Assembly (NCBI GenBank): GCA_965204535.1
Contig: CBDBEV010000001.1
Location: forward strand, 1,312,001-1,376,000
Source: a bacterium
Lineage (GTDB): Bacteria; UBA8248
Direction of reading: 5' to 3'
DNA length: 64,000 nt
The notes under the pieces were generated by a model. That model did no database searches and was not told where the DNA came from. It worked only from the letters and a program-made list of their open reading frames with translations. Shown here piece after piece: positions 42,669-53,389 of this stretch. Position 1 is the first letter of the stretch. Each line of letters opens with the position of its first letter. Position numbers and translations under genes: made by a program.

Positions 42669-43538
42669 ATGGAAGTAACCGCTCAGATGGTCAAGGAATT
42701 GAGGACCCGCACCGGTGCGGGCATCATGGATTGCAAGGAAGCCCTCAAGGAGAATGAGGGAAATTTTGAAGAGGCGGTCCGCTATTTGCGGGAAAAAGGG
42801 CTTTCCAGCGCCGCCAAGAAGGCGGGGCGTGCGGCGAGCGAGGGCCAGGTATACGCTTCTCTCGGAGAAGGCGGACGCATGGGCGTCATCGTCGAGGTGA
42901 ATTGCGAGACCGATTTCGTGGCGCGGACGGAGGATTTTCAGGCGTTTCTCGACACCGTCGCGAGCCACGTGAAAGACAATGGGGAGGGCAATCTCGCCGA
43001 AGCGCTCAAAGAGGTGACGACGGAGGCAATCGCCAAGCTGGGCGAGAACATCGTCGTTGCTCGCGGAGAGCGCATCGCTTTGGGAGATAACGACTCGGGC
43101 AAGGTGGTTTCCTATATCCACCCGGGGGGGCGGATCGGTGTCTTGCTTGAGGTGGGCTGTGAAACGTCCGAGAGGGCGGACGATGCCGCATTCGGCGAAA
43201 CGGCGCGCGATCTGGCGATGCACATTGCGGCGAGCAGCCCCCAGTTCCTCTCCGAAGATCGGATACCGGAGGTGGTTCTTCAAAGCGAGCGTGAGATTCT
43301 TCTGGCCCAGCAGAAGGATTCCGGAAAGCCCGAGAACATTTTGGAGAAAATCGTCGAAGGACGCATCAACAAATACAAAAAAGAGATTTGCCTGCTCGAT
43401 CAACCGTTCGTCAAGGACACCGACAAGACGGTTCAGGCGTATCTCAAGGACAAGAGCGCGGAGTTGGGCGAGGAAATCCGGGTTTCTTCCTGGTCTCGCT
43501 TCCAACTCGGCGAGCTTTCCGCGTCGGAGGAAAGGTAA
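42669..43538 (+). CDS. tsf: Elongation factor Ts
   Basis: [41 protein letters not shown]. Confidence 0.98.
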   Translation: MEVTAQMVKELRTRTGAGIMDCKEALKENEGNFEEAVRYLREKGLSSAAKKAGRAASEGQVYASLGEGGRMGVIVEVNCETDFVARTEDFQAFLDTVASHVKDNGEGNLAEALKEVTTEAIAKLGENIVVARGERIALGDNDSGKVVSYIHPGGRIGVLLEVGCETSERADDAAFGETARDLAMHIAASSPQFLSEDRIPEVVLQSEREILLAQQKDSGKPENILEKIVEGRINKYKKEICLLDQPFVKDTDKTVQAYLKDKSAELGEEIRVSSWSRFQLGELSASEER

Positions 43539-43600
43539 GCCCCTCCAACGCATCAATTGCGCCGCCCGCTGTCATTGGCTTGAATATTCTGGGGATGTCC

Positions 43601-44329
43601 ATGTGCGGCGACCTTCGATTCAAGAGAATCCTGCTTAAACTCTCGGGAGAGGCCCTGGGGGGAGAACTCAAGTACGGGATCGACCACAACGTCGTTGACG
43701 ACATAGCGCAGGAAATCAAAGAAATCCACCGGATGGGAGTCGAAGTCACCATCGTCGTGGGTGGAGGGAACATCTTTCGGGGGGCCGCCGCCGCCGCCGC
43801 CGGAATGGAACGCACCAACGCAGACTACATGGGCATGCTCGGCACGGTCATCAACGCCCTGGCTCTTCAACACGCGCTCGAAAAGGCGGACCTCGCCACA
43901 CGCGTCCAAAGCGCCATTCACATGGCCGAATTGTGCGAGCCCTACATCAGAAGGCGTGCGATACGCCACATGGAAAAAGGACGGGTCGTCATCTTCGCCG
44001 GCGGCACCGGAAACCCCTACTTCACGACGGATACCACCGCCAGCCTCAGAGCCATAGAGGTGGGCGCCGAATGCATTCTCAAGGCCACGAACGTGGATGG
44101 CGTTTTCTCCGCCGATCCCCATCAGGACGATACGGCCGAGTTCATCGGCCAGTTGACGTATATCGAGGTGCTCAATCGCCAGCTCGCCGTCATGGACACC
44201 ACCGCCGTGAGCTTGTGCATGGATAACAATTTGCCCATTATTGTCTTTAACCTGCTCAAGCCCGGCAACATTCGCCGTGTCGTGGAAGGAGAGCAGGTAG
44301 GGACTTTGGTGAGGGCCGCTGAAGGTTGA
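43601..44329 (+). CDS. pyrH: UMP kinase
   Basis: [26 protein letters not shown]. Confidence 0.98.
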   Translation: MCGDLRFKRILLKLSGEALGGELKYGIDHNVVDDIAQEIKEIHRMGVEVTIVVGGGNIFRGAAAAAAGMERTNADYMGMLGTVINALALQHALEKADLATRVQSAIHMAELCEPYIRRRAIRHMEKGRVVIFAGGTGNPYFTTDTTASLRAIEVGAECILKATNVDGVFSADPHQDDTAEFIGQLTYIEVLNRQLAVMDTTAVSLCMDNNLPIIVFNLLKPGNIRRVVEGEQVGTLVRAAEG

Positions 44330-44401
44330 TGCGACGCGAATGAGACTTCGGCGAAGGGTGTATAATGATCATGTTGAGCTTCCAGCAGGGAGAGATGGTC
44401 G

Positions 44402-44956
44402 ATGGATGAGGTTCTAGCTGCGCTAAGGAAGAGAATGCAGTCCACGGTGGAATCATACAAGTCAGAAATCGCCCGCGTGCGAACCGGCCGCGCTTCCACG
44501 AATCTCATCAGTGGCGTGATGGTCGACTACTATGGAGCGCCCACGCCGCTGAATCAACTCGCCACCCTGAACGTACCCGAGCCCCAACTCATCATCGTTC
44601 AGCCTTTCGACATCAACTCGTTGGGCGACATTGAAAAGGCGATTCAATCGGCGGAGTTGGGCCTGAACCCATCGAACGACGGCAAAATCATCCGCGTGCC
44701 GGTGCCGGCGCTCACGGAGGAGCGCCGCAAGGAAATGGTGAAACTGCTCAAGAAGATGACCGAAGAGCATAAGGTCGCGCTTCGCAACATCCGACGCGAT
44801 GGCAACGATGACATGAAGAATCTCGAGAAAAACAAAGAGATTACCGAGGACGACCTCAGGAAAGGGCAGGGAGATGTCCAGAAGCTGACGGATCGGTTCG
44901 TCTCGGATTTGGATGATTTGCTTTCAGCCAAAGAGAAAGAGATTCTGGAGGTCTAG
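44402..44956 (+). CDS. frr: Ribosome recycling factor
   Basis: RTGRAS, LGLNPSNDG, LTEERRK, RNIRRD. Confidence 0.98.
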   Translation: MDEVLAALRKRMQSTVESYKSEIARVRTGRASTNLISGVMVDYYGAPTPLNQLATLNVPEPQLIIVQPFDINSLGDIEKAIQSAELGLNPSNDGKIIRVPVPALTEERRKEMVKLLKKMTEEHKVALRNIRRDGNDDMKNLEKNKEITEDDLRKGQGDVQKLTDRFVSDLDDLLSAKEKEILEV

Positions 44957-44974
44957 TTTTTCAACGGAGCGCCT

Positions 44975-45733
44975 ATGGAACCCCGCATCGACCCACACAT
45001 CGATCTTGAGCGGCTCCCCCACCATATCGGCATTATCATGGATGGCAACGGCCGTTGGGCTCAGAAACGGTTTCTCCCCCGGGTCGCCGGCCACCGTGAG
45101 GGCGTGAAGTCGGTCGACAAGGTCGTGGCGCATGCGCGCCGCATCGGCATCAAAGCCCTTACTCTCTACAGCTTCTCTCTGGAAAACTGGAACAGACCCA
45201 AAGACGAAGTCGAAGCGCTCATGGACATTCTGGCGGATTACCTCGGGCGCGAGCTTCAAAGGATGCTCAGGGAGGGTATCCGTTTCAATACAATCGGGCA
45301 CGAAGAGGATTTGCCCCTGTTTGCGCAGGAGATTGTTCGTCGTGTAAGGGAGCAAACGGCTGATCAGGACGGAATGGTTCTGACGCTGGCGCTTAGCTAC
45401 GGCGCGCGGCGCGAAATCACCGACGCGGCGAGGGCCGTATCCAAAGAAGTTCAAAAGGGAATTCTGCAGCCCGAGGAAATCGATGAGAGTGACATCGAGC
45501 GCCATTTGTATACGGCGGATTTGCCCACACTCGACCTCTTGATTCGAACCAGCGGCGAACTGAGGCTCTCGAACTATCTGCTCTGGCAGGCGGCGTATGC
45601 GGAGCTTTATTTCACCGATATCAAATGGCCGGAATTCGGAGAGCGCGATCTCGAAGACGCCATTCTCGCCTATCAGTCCCGGGTGCGGAAATTCGGCCTC
45701 ACCGAGGAGCAGTTCACGACTCGGAGAAACTAG
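44975..45733 (+). CDS. uppS: Undecaprenyl diphosphate synthase
   Basis: HIGIIMDGNGRWA, FSLENWNRP, IRTSGELRLSNYLLWQ. Confidence 0.97.
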   Translation: MEPRIDPHIDLERLPHHIGIIMDGNGRWAQKRFLPRVAGHREGVKSVDKVVAHARRIGIKALTLYSFSLENWNRPKDEVEALMDILADYLGRELQRMLREGIRFNTIGHEEDLPLFAQEIVRRVREQTADQDGMVLTLALSYGARREITDAARAVSKEVQKGILQPEEIDESDIERHLYTADLPTLDLLIRTSGELRLSNYLLWQAAYAELYFTDIKWPEFGERDLEDAILAYQSRVRKFGLTEEQFTTRRN

Positions 45734-45736
45734 GTT

Positions 45737-46528
45737 TTGACCCGCCTCCTGAGCGCCCTGGTGCTTGCGGCGCCCATCCTCGCCGTTTTGTTTTTCGCTT
45801 CCTCTGCGGTATTTCTCTGCGTGGTGGTTCTGCTCGTTTTTCGCGCAGGCTGGGAATTCCAGACCCTTATCAGCCTTTGCGGGTGGCGCGTGAGAGCATG
45901 GGAAGGAGCGCTGGATGCCGGTGCTTTTGTGCTCGCCGTGTGGGTGGGCGGCGTTTTGCCGGTGTTGGTCCTCTTGGTGATTCTGTTTCGTGTTTTCCTC
46001 AAGGCGTTTTCGAGAGAGACTTTTCGGGAAAGCCTCGCCATGACGAGTGTGTCGCTTCTCGGTGTGATTTGGGTGGGTGGCGCCGGTGGCTTGATCGCGC
46101 TTGTCAGAACTTTCCCGGGTGGTGTAGAGGCCATCTTCTTTTTGTTCGTCGTCGTCTGGGCGAATGATATCGCGGCGATGTTCACCGGCAAGACGTTGGG
46201 AAAAAGAAAGTTGGCGCCTAAAATCAGCCCCGGAAAGACGGTGGAAGGGGCAATCGGAGGAATCGTCGCCGGTACCCTCGTGGGTGTCCTCACGACGTTC
46301 TATATGGATGTTCCCGGGATTGACCCGTGGCTCGCGATTCCTGTTTCGGTATGTATCGGGCTGTTCGCCCTGACAGGGGATTTGGGTGAATCGATCTTGA
46401 AGCGCGCGGCCGGAGAGAAAAACGCGTCCGACATCATCCCCGGCCATGGGGGTCTGCTCGATAGAATTGATGGTTTGCTCGTGGCGGGTCCTGCGTTTTA
46501 CTGTTACTTGTACTGGGTACGGTTCTAA
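45737..46528 (+). CDS. cdsA: Phosphatidate cytidylyltransferase
   Basis: ISPGKTVEG, GDLGESILKR, PGHGGLLDRID. Confidence 0.96.
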   Translation: MTRLLSALVLAAPILAVLFFASSAVFLCVVVLLVFRAGWEFQTLISLCGWRVRAWEGALDAGAFVLAVWVGGVLPVLVLLVILFRVFLKAFSRETFRESLAMTSVSLLGVIWVGGAGGLIALVRTFPGGVEAIFFLFVVVWANDIAAMFTGKTLGKRKLAPKISPGKTVEGAIGGIVAGTLVGVLTTFYMDVPGIDPWLAIPVSVCIGLFALTGDLGESILKRAAGEKNASDIIPGHGGLLDRIDGLLVAGPAFYCYLYWVRF

Positions 46529-46557
46529 GTCACCGCGAATCGGGAGTGAGCCGGAAA

Positions 46558-47727
46558 ATGGCGCCGCGAAAAATGGCCATACTGGGTTCTACAGGCAGCA
46601 TCGGGGCAAACGCCCTTGATGTCGTGGCGCAATTTCCCGAAAGAATCGATGTGGTGGCGCTTGCCGCCGGCAGAAATTGGAAGCGGCTCGTGGAGCAGGC
46701 GAGGCAGTTTCGGCCCGAGGTTGTATCCGTGGCCGAAGATGCGGACGCGGCGCGTATTCAGGATGCGCTCCCTCCCGAAACCAGGTTGCTTTCGGGGGAG
46801 GAGGGTTTGCGGGAGGTGGCAGCGGGCGCGGGCGCAAGCCTGGTGGTTTCCGCGTTGGTGGGCGCAGCAGGACTCCCGCCGACGCTGGCCGCCATCGACG
46901 TGGGCGCCTCGATTGCGCTGGCGAACAAGGAAGTGCTCGTCATGGCGGGAGAGCTGGTGACGTCGCGCGTTTCGGATCGGGAAGTCGAACTGCTCCCCGT
47001 AGACAGCGAGCATGCGGGGGTGGCGCAAGCGCTGGCCGACAGGCCGCATTCCCAGGTGGAGCGGATCGTGCTTACGGCATCGGGCGGTCCTTTTCGGAAC
47101 CATTCGATAGAGGCGATGAAGAACGTATCCCTGGAAGAGGCGTTGAACCATCCGAACTGGAAGATGGGCCCCAAGATTACGATTGATTCCGCATCCATGA
47201 TGAACAAGGGCCTTGAGATCATCGAGGCGCGCTGGCTCTTCGGGCTGGAGCCGGAACAGGTGGACGTGCTGGTTCACCCGCAGAGCATCGTGCATGCCAT
47301 GGTGGAGTTCGTCGACGGGAGTTTCGTGGCGCAAATGAGTATGCCCGACATGCGGATTCCCATCGCGCAGGCCATTTTCTCTCCGGATAGGTTGGCCATC
47401 GAGGCGCCGAAGCTTGATTTGGCGCAAGTCGGCTCCCTGACTTTCGAAGCGCCGGACCCGGAGCGTTTTCCCTGCCTCACTCATGCGAAAGACGCGATGC
47501 GCGAAGGGGGCACGGCGCCCGCCGTTCTCAATGCGGCGAACGAGGTGGCCGTCGCCTCGTTTTTGTCGGGCGCGTCGCAATTCATGGATATTCCCGATGT
47601 CGTGGGGGCTGCGCTGGAGGCGCACGAAAACATGGATGCGGATGATTTGGGGGCGATCCTGGAAGCGGATCGGTGGGCGAGAGAGTACGCCTCCTCGCGT
47701 CTGAACGGAACCGCCGCAAGCCACTAG
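46558..47727 (+). CDS. dxr: 1-deoxy-D-xylulose-5-phosphate reductoisomerase
   Basis: LGSTGSIG, LANKE, PVDSEH, HPNWKMGPKITIDSA, NAANE. Confidence 0.97.
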   Translation: MAPRKMAILGSTGSIGANALDVVAQFPERIDVVALAAGRNWKRLVEQARQFRPEVVSVAEDADAARIQDALPPETRLLSGEEGLREVAAGAGASLVVSALVGAAGLPPTLAAIDVGASIALANKEVLVMAGELVTSRVSDREVELLPVDSEHAGVAQALADRPHSQVERIVLTASGGPFRNHSIEAMKNVSLEEALNHPNWKMGPKITIDSASMMNKGLEIIEARWLFGLEPEQVDVLVHPQSIVHAMVEFVDGSFVAQMSMPDMRIPIAQAIFSPDRLAIEAPKLDLAQVGSLTFEAPDPERFPCLTHAKDAMREGGTAPAVLNAANEVAVASFLSGASQFMDIPDVVGAALEAHENMDADDLGAILEADRWAREYASSRLNGTAASH

Positions 47728-47732
47728 AATCC

Positions 47733-48203
47733 ATGAACCGTCAAGACGAGTGCGAGGCCTTGCCCCGGCTTGTCGCTACGTTGGGTGGTCTTGGGCTGGT
47801 TCCCCTGGCCCCGGGTACGGTCGCTTCTCTCATCGCCGTTGTTGCGTATTTTCTGCTCTATCAGATCAACGCCTATGTTCCCCTCTGGTTTTTGATTTTC
47901 CTGATACCCGTCGCCATATGGGGCGCCGGCAAATATGAAGCGAGCGTGAACCGGCAAGACCCGCCGGAAATCGTCGTGGATGAATGGGTGGGCCAGTTCA
48001 TCTGCTTCATCGGGATCGAACCGAGCCCAGGCGCTCTGGTAGCGGGCTTTTTCCTTTTTCGTATTTTTGACATTATCAAGCTGCCGCCGGTCCGGCGTCT
48101 GGAAAGGCTCCCGGGCGGCGTGGGCGTCGTGGCGGACGACGTTGCCGCGGGAATTATCGGCTGGGCCATCTTGTTCGTTCTGTCGCAATGGGGAGTCGTC
48201 TGA
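47733..48203 (+). CDS. pgpA: Phosphatidylglycerophosphatase A
   Basis: APGT, DPPEIVVDEWVG, FRIFDIIK, GVVADDVAAG. Confidence 0.95.
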   Translation: MNRQDECEALPRLVATLGGLGLVPLAPGTVASLIAVVAYFLLYQINAYVPLWFLIFLIPVAIWGAGKYEASVNRQDPPEIVVDEWVGQFICFIGIEPSPGALVAGFFLFRIFDIIKLPPVRRLERLPGGVGVVADDVAAGIIGWAILFVLSQWGVV

Positions 48204-48223
48204 TTTCTGGGGAGTACAGGAAA

Positions 48224-48715
48224 ATGGCGGAATCCGTAGAAGAGTGGCTCGGGGCGTATCTGAGTGATAAAGGCTGGCGCATCGCCACGGCGGAGAGCTG
48301 CACGGGCGGCCTCATCGCCAGCCGCATCACGGATGTTTCCGGCAGTTCCGCTTATTTCGAGCAGGGTTTCGTCACCTACAGCAACGAGGCGAAAATGGCG
48401 CTTCTGGGCGTATCGAAAGATATTGTGGCGACCGAGGGCGGGCCGGGGGCGGTGAGCGAGGACTGCGCGCGCGCGATGGCGGAAGGCGTTCGCGCGTCGA
48501 CGGGGAGCGAAGTCGGGCTGTCCGTCACGGGCATCGCCGGACCCACGGGCGGAACGCCCGAGAAGCCGGTGGGCACGGTGTATATGGCCATCGCCACGCC
48601 TTCGGGCGCCGTCTGCCGGCATCACCTGTTCGAAGGCTCCCGCCTGGAGGTGAAGGCCCAGACGGCGGAAGCCGCCCTCGAGATGACGCGCGATGCCCTG
48701 GAAAGGTTGGGCTGA
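48224..48715 (+). CDS. CinA C-terminal domain protein (NMN deamidase PncC-like)
   Basis: AESCTGG, GSSAYF, GAVSE, TGIAGPTGG, KPVGTV; lacks the N-terminal MocF domain. Confidence 0.92.
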   Translation: MAESVEEWLGAYLSDKGWRIATAESCTGGLIASRITDVSGSSAYFEQGFVTYSNEAKMALLGVSKDIVATEGGPGAVSEDCARAMAEGVRASTGSEVGLSVTGIAGPTGGTPEKPVGTVYMAIATPSGAVCRHHLFEGSRLEVKAQTAEAALEMTRDALERLG

Positions 48716-48804
48716 CGAACCGGTGCATGAAAGCGCTTGGACCTGGATGAACGGGTGTTATTCTGTTCCGGGAGATGTGGCCGGCCCTGTGAAGGAGGTT
48801 CTCC

Positions 48805-49380
48805 ATGCGCGCGTTTTTGGCGATTCCGTTCAACGCGGATGAGCACGAAAAGCTGGAATCGCTTCAAAAATCGCTTGCCACCATGCCGGCTCTTGATGAT
48901 TTCCGCTGGATGAGGCCGCAGAACATCCATATCACGCTGCGTTTTCTGGGCGACATTGAGGATGCGCGGGCCGGGGCCGCCGCAGAGGCGCTGCGCCGCG
49001 CGGGTGAGGGTGCCTCTGCTTTCGATATTCCGATCGATCGTTTCGGCGTTTTCCCGCATCTCAAGCGTCCGGGCGTGCTCTGGGCGGGGCCCTCGGAATT
49101 GCCGGAACCACTGGCGGAACTCGAGGCGAATCTTTCTCGTTATCTAACCGAAGCGGGGTTCCCCCTCGGCGAAGGACAATTCCGCCCGCATCTGACGATC
49201 GCCCGCCGCCGGTCCCGTGACCGCCCACCCGCGGGGCTTGAAGGAGAGCTCGAGATCGCCGAGCAGCGGTGGCTGACGCCCCCTCTCGTCTGCCGCGCGC
49301 GCGAGGCGGTTTTATTCAGAAGCGAACTCAATCCCTCGGGCGCCATTCACACCGTGCTGGAAAAAGTGACTTTTCACTAG
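48805..49380 (+). CDS. thpR: RNA 2',3'-cyclic phosphodiesterase
   Basis: MRAFLAI, HITLRFLG, PHLTIAR (two HxT motifs). Confidence 0.94.
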   Translation: MRAFLAIPFNADEHEKLESLQKSLATMPALDDFRWMRPQNIHITLRFLGDIEDARAGAAAEALRRAGEGASAFDIPIDRFGVFPHLKRPGVLWAGPSELPEPLAELEANLSRYLTEAGFPLGEGQFRPHLTIARRRSRDRPPAGLEGELEIAEQRWLTPPLVCRAREAVLFRSELNPSGAIHTVLEKVTFH

Positions 49381-49605
49381 GCGCGGCCGGCGGTTCACCT
49401 GCTTCGTGGCGTCTCATACCACCCGGAACTACAAGCGCTGAAAATCCGGCAACTTGTATGGAAAATTCTTTCTCGATGAGGAGATGGGTCAGCCTTGACG
49501 ATGTGTGGAACCCACGAAAGAATTGTATTTTGCTCATAAACACCCCATTCTCGCCCGCAATTTGAGGGGAAAATAGCTTTCCGTGAGAATTTTCGCTTTT
49601 TATAC

Positions 49606-49634
49606 TTGATCCCAAAGGTCGTTTCACGTATATT
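49606..49634 (+). promoter_or_regulatory. sigma70-like promoter upstream of recA
   Basis: TTGATC-N17-TATATT. Confidence 0.6.
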
Positions 49635-49823
49635 TAGCGAAAATTAACTACCGCCGCTGTTGGGAACCATGGACGGGCAAGGGGATGGGGCCTGCTCCTT
49701 ACGAGCCGGCATAAAAGTAAAGGCACATGCCGTATTGCAGAAAACGGGTCGATCCCCTACATTCATTCTATGTCCGCCATCGCCCGAACCGGTGCGCATT
49801 CCTCCATCCAAGGGAGTTTTCCG

Positions 49824-50924
49824 ATGAACCTCAAAAACGGGTCACCCTCCGAGAAATCCGAGAACCCGCAAGGGCGTGAGCGCCGCGAAAAGGCGCTGGA
49901 CATGGCTTTCAACCAGATCAACCGCCAGTTCGGCAAAGGCTCCATCATGCGCCTGGGCGAAGGGCCGGGCGTGGAGGCGATTCCGGCCATTTCGACGGGT
50001 TCGGTATCGCTCGACGCCGCCTTGGGCTGCGGCGGCGTGCCGCGGGGGCGAATCGTCGAGATATTCGGGCCCGAGTCCTCGGGCAAGACGACCATCGCAT
50101 TGCAAATCATCGCGCAGGTGCAGCGGGGCGGCGGGATGGCCGCCTTCGTGGATGCGGAGCACGCGCTGGACCCGACCTACGCCAAGGCGCTCGGGGTGCA
50201 GACGGACAACCTCATCGTCTCCCAACCCGATACGGGCGAGCAGGCCCTGGAGATCGCCGAGATTCTGACGAGCAGCGGTTCGCTCGACGTGGTCGTCATC
50301 GACTCCGTGGCCGCTTTGGTGCCCAAGGCGGAACTCGAAGGAGACATGGGAGACCACCACGTCGGCCTCCAGGCGCGGCTCATGAGCCAGGCGCTCCGCA
50401 AGCTCACGGGCGTGGTGCACCGCAGCAACACGTGCTTCATCTTCATCAACCAGATCCGCATGAAGATCGGCGTGATGTTCGGCAACCCGGAAACGACTTC
50501 GGGCGGGAACGCGCTCAAATTCTACTCCTCCGTGCGCCTGGACATCCGCCGCATCGCCTCCATCAAGGAAGGCGAGAACAACGTGGGCAACCGGACGCGG
50601 GTGCGCGTGGTGAAGAACAAGCTCGCCCCCCCGTTCCGCACGGCGGAGTTCGACATCATGTTCGGGCGCGGCGTATCGCGGGAGGGCGACGTGCTCGATC
50701 TGGCCGTCGAAAAAGGCATCGTCGCCAAGACGGGGGCGTGGTATTCCTACGGCGAGGAGCGCATCGGCCAGGGGCGCGAGAACGTGAAGCGGTTCTTGAG
50801 CGAGAACGCGGATCTTTTCTCGGAAATCGACTCCCAGGTGCGTGCCGCCGTCGGAATCGGCGCAGGCGGGCCGAATGTGGCGGCGGAGGAGAAAGAAGCC
50901 CCGCGGGCGGCGGCGCCCAAATAA
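49824..50924 (+). CDS. recA: Recombinase RecA
   Basis: [49 protein letters not shown]. Confidence 0.99.
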   Translation: MNLKNGSPSEKSENPQGRERREKALDMAFNQINRQFGKGSIMRLGEGPGVEAIPAISTGSVSLDAALGCGGVPRGRIVEIFGPESSGKTTIALQIIAQVQRGGGMAAFVDAEHALDPTYAKALGVQTDNLIVSQPDTGEQALEIAEILTSSGSLDVVVIDSVAALVPKAELEGDMGDHHVGLQARLMSQALRKLTGVVHRSNTCFIFINQIRMKIGVMFGNPETTSGGNALKFYSSVRLDIRRIASIKEGENNVGNRTRVRVVKNKLAPPFRTAEFDIMFGRGVSREGDVLDLAVEKGIVAKTGAWYSYGEERIGQGRENVKRFLSENADLFSEIDSQVRAAVGIGAGGPNVAAEEKEAPRAAAPK

Positions 50925-51480
50925 GGGCCTGAAACGGCGTAACCTCATAAAATTCAACAGGATAAATTGCCGGGAATTTACCGGAAAACCCCGTGAATTT
51001 ATCGATATTTACCGTATTTTTTGGAAATTCGAGACGGGGGTTTTCCCCGGTCGACGGGAGTGTCCGTGGCCGCCCGTTTGCGCGATGATCACCGCGCTGG
51101 AGACGGTCATTGGCATGGTGCGCCGTATTCGGTCGGAGCGGCGCATTCCTGATGATCATAGCCCCGCGTCCGAACGTACCCGGGATGTTCCATCGTTTCC
51201 AGGTCTTTGTCCTCGCTTCACTTTTCCTGCGTCCAAGAGAACGCCTCCTCGCGGCGGATTCTGCCGCATTCCGGCTGAAACGCGGTGACGGCAAATGCGG
51301 GGAGATGCGCATCGCTCCGGGAGATGAGCGTTCAGGTGAGAGAAGCCCACGAGCGCGCTAGCAAAGCGCCCCGGCTCTCTTTTTGTTCTGCGAACCTGCA
51401 ATTTCCTTTTTCCCTCTGTATGCAATTCCTCCGGCAGGAAGAATCATCCCCTGATTACCCAGGGCGAACCCCCTCTCCCC

Positions 51481-51733
51481 GGGGTTGTTGAAGAAGCCGA
51501 GGAGAGAGGAATCACTCCCCCCTTGAGGGGGAGTCGATGAAGCCGAGCGGTTTGTGCGAAGGCTGAATCGGTGGGGGGTAAAATGCGTTTTATCGCCAGT
51601 CCGAATTATACCCCCCACCGAATCGCTTTCGGGCTTACGCCCTCAGCTCTTCGACTCCCCCTCAAGGGGGGAGTGAACTTCAATAGCGTGCGCTCAACCA
51701 AAATCGCTCCACGGGGGTTTTTCAACAAGCCCC
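51481..51733. mobile_element. MITE-like element with an internal long palindrome
   Basis: Ends GGGGTTGTTGAAGAA / TTTTTCAACAAGCCCC; internal arms TCACTCCCCCCTTGAGGGGGAGTCGA (51512) and TCGACTCCCCCTCAAGGGGGGAGTGA (to 51676) plus TCGGTGGGGGGTA/TACCCCCCACCGA. Confidence 0.65.
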
Positions 51734-51847
51734 CCTGAATCGAGATTGACCTCCAGAATTTGATTCCGCACTCCGGATGGGTTACATGATGAAAAACCGC
51801 CCCGGCGGGCGTGACCCCGGCGCGTCGATTTCACCGGAGAACCCCTG

Positions 51848-52357
51848 ATGGCCGTTCTGGAAATCCTCAAATATCCGGCCCCGGCCCTTCGCCGGAAATG
51901 CTCCCCCGTCGAGCGCGTCACGGAGCAGACGGCCGAACTCGCGCGCGCGATGCTCGACACCATGCACGATGCGCCCGGCGTCGGCCTCGCCGCCCCCCAG
52001 GTGGGGGAGAACGTCCGGCTCATCGTGGTCGACGTCTCGGTCGGGAAAGACCCCAAGCAGGTCCATTTTCTCGTCAATCCCGAGATCGAAAGCGCCTCCG
52101 GCGAGCGAATCGTGGAGGAGGCCTGCCTCTCGCTTCCGGGGGTCACCGAGAAAATCCGCCGCCGCGAATCGGTGCGCGTGCGCGCGCTGAACTTAAACGG
52201 CGAGGAAGTCGTTCTCGACGCGCGCGAGGTTCTCGCCTTCGTCTTACAGCACGAGATCGATCATCTCGACGGCAAACTCATCCTGGATCACCTCAACAAG
52301 ACGAAGCGCGACCTCGTGAAGCGCCGCCTCAAGAAACAGGCCAGGGCCGCCTCTTAG
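51848..52357 (+). CDS. def: Peptide deformylase
   Basis: GVGLAAPQVG, EACLSLP, QHEIDHLDG. Confidence 0.97.
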   Translation: MAVLEILKYPAPALRRKCSPVERVTEQTAELARAMLDTMHDAPGVGLAAPQVGENVRLIVVDVSVGKDPKQVHFLVNPEIESASGERIVEEACLSLPGVTEKIRRRESVRVRALNLNGEEVVLDAREVLAFVLQHEIDHLDGKLILDHLNKTKRDLVKRRLKKQARAAS

Positions 52358-52441
52358 AAAATCCCGTTTCGCTCGTGCTATATTTTTTGCGTTGATGCAC
52401 GCGCGGCTTCATCGGCGCGCGGTTTTTATCGGGAGGAATCC

Positions 52442-53389
52442 ATGCGGGCGGTCTTTTTCGGCACATCCGAGTTCGCCGTGCCCACGCTTCGCGCGCTGCT
52501 GGCCTCACCCGTCGAGGTGGCGGCCGTCTTCACGCAGCCGGACAGGCCCGCGGGCAGGGGCCGCAGGCTGGCGCCGCCGCCTGTGAAGACGCCCGGGTTG
52601 GAAGCGGGATTGCCCGTCCTCCAGCCCGAGAAGATCCGCTCGACGGACGTCGCGGAATTCCGGCCCGACGTAGGCGTGGTGGCGGCCTACGGACAGATTC
52701 TGAGCAGAAAACTCTTGAACGTTCCCCGGTTGGGGCTGTTGAACCTGCACCCCTCGCTTCTTCCGCGCTGGCGGGGCGCCGCGCCGATCCAGCGCGCCCT
52801 TTTAGAAGGGGACGCCGAGACCGGGGTCTGCGTGATGCGGGTCGCGCCCGAACTCGACGCGGGTGCGGTGCTCTCGCGCCGCTCGCTGGCCATCGGGCCG
52901 AGAGATACTTCGGGCGCGCTGCACGACAAACTGGCCGCCATAGGTGCCGAGCAGATGGTGGCGACCCTGCTCGCGCTCGAAAAAGGCGAGGTCACTGAAG
53001 TTCCCCAGGATGAATCCCTGGTCACCTATGCGGAAAAACTCCAGAAAGATGAGGCGAAACTCGATTGGCGCCTGCCCGCGAGCCGCATCGACAGGCTGAT
53101 CCGGGGACTCAACCCCTGGCCCGTGGCGCAGACCGCGTGGCCGGAGATAGAGAACGGCCCGGTGCGGATATGGCGGGCCTGGCCGATCTCCGGGGGGTCC
53201 GGCGGAGCCGCCGGTGAGGTTCTGGGACTCGGTGATTCGCCCGAGGGTGCGGGAATCCGCGTGGCGACGGGTGAGGGGGATTTGGTGATCCTGGAAATCC
53301 AGCCGCCGGGCAAGAAGAAGATGGACGCGGAGGCATTCGCCAGGGGATACCCGTGCCGGCCCGGTTTCGTTCTCGGAGGCGGCGCGTGA
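52442..53389 (+). CDS. fmt: Methionyl-tRNA formyltransferase
   Basis: FFGTSEFA, TQPDRPAGRG, NLHPSLLPRWRGAAPI, LDAG. Confidence 0.97.
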   Translation: MRAVFFGTSEFAVPTLRALLASPVEVAAVFTQPDRPAGRGRRLAPPPVKTPGLEAGLPVLQPEKIRSTDVAEFRPDVGVVAAYGQILSRKLLNVPRLGLLNLHPSLLPRWRGAAPIQRALLEGDAETGVCVMRVAPELDAGAVLSRRSLAIGPRDTSGALHDKLAAIGAEQMVATLLALEKGEVTEVPQDESLVTYAEKLQKDEAKLDWRLPASRIDRLIRGLNPWPVAQTAWPEIENGPVRIWRAWPISGGSGGAAGEVLGLGDSPEGAGIRVATGEGDLVILEIQPPGKKKMDAEAFARGYPCRPGFVLGGGA

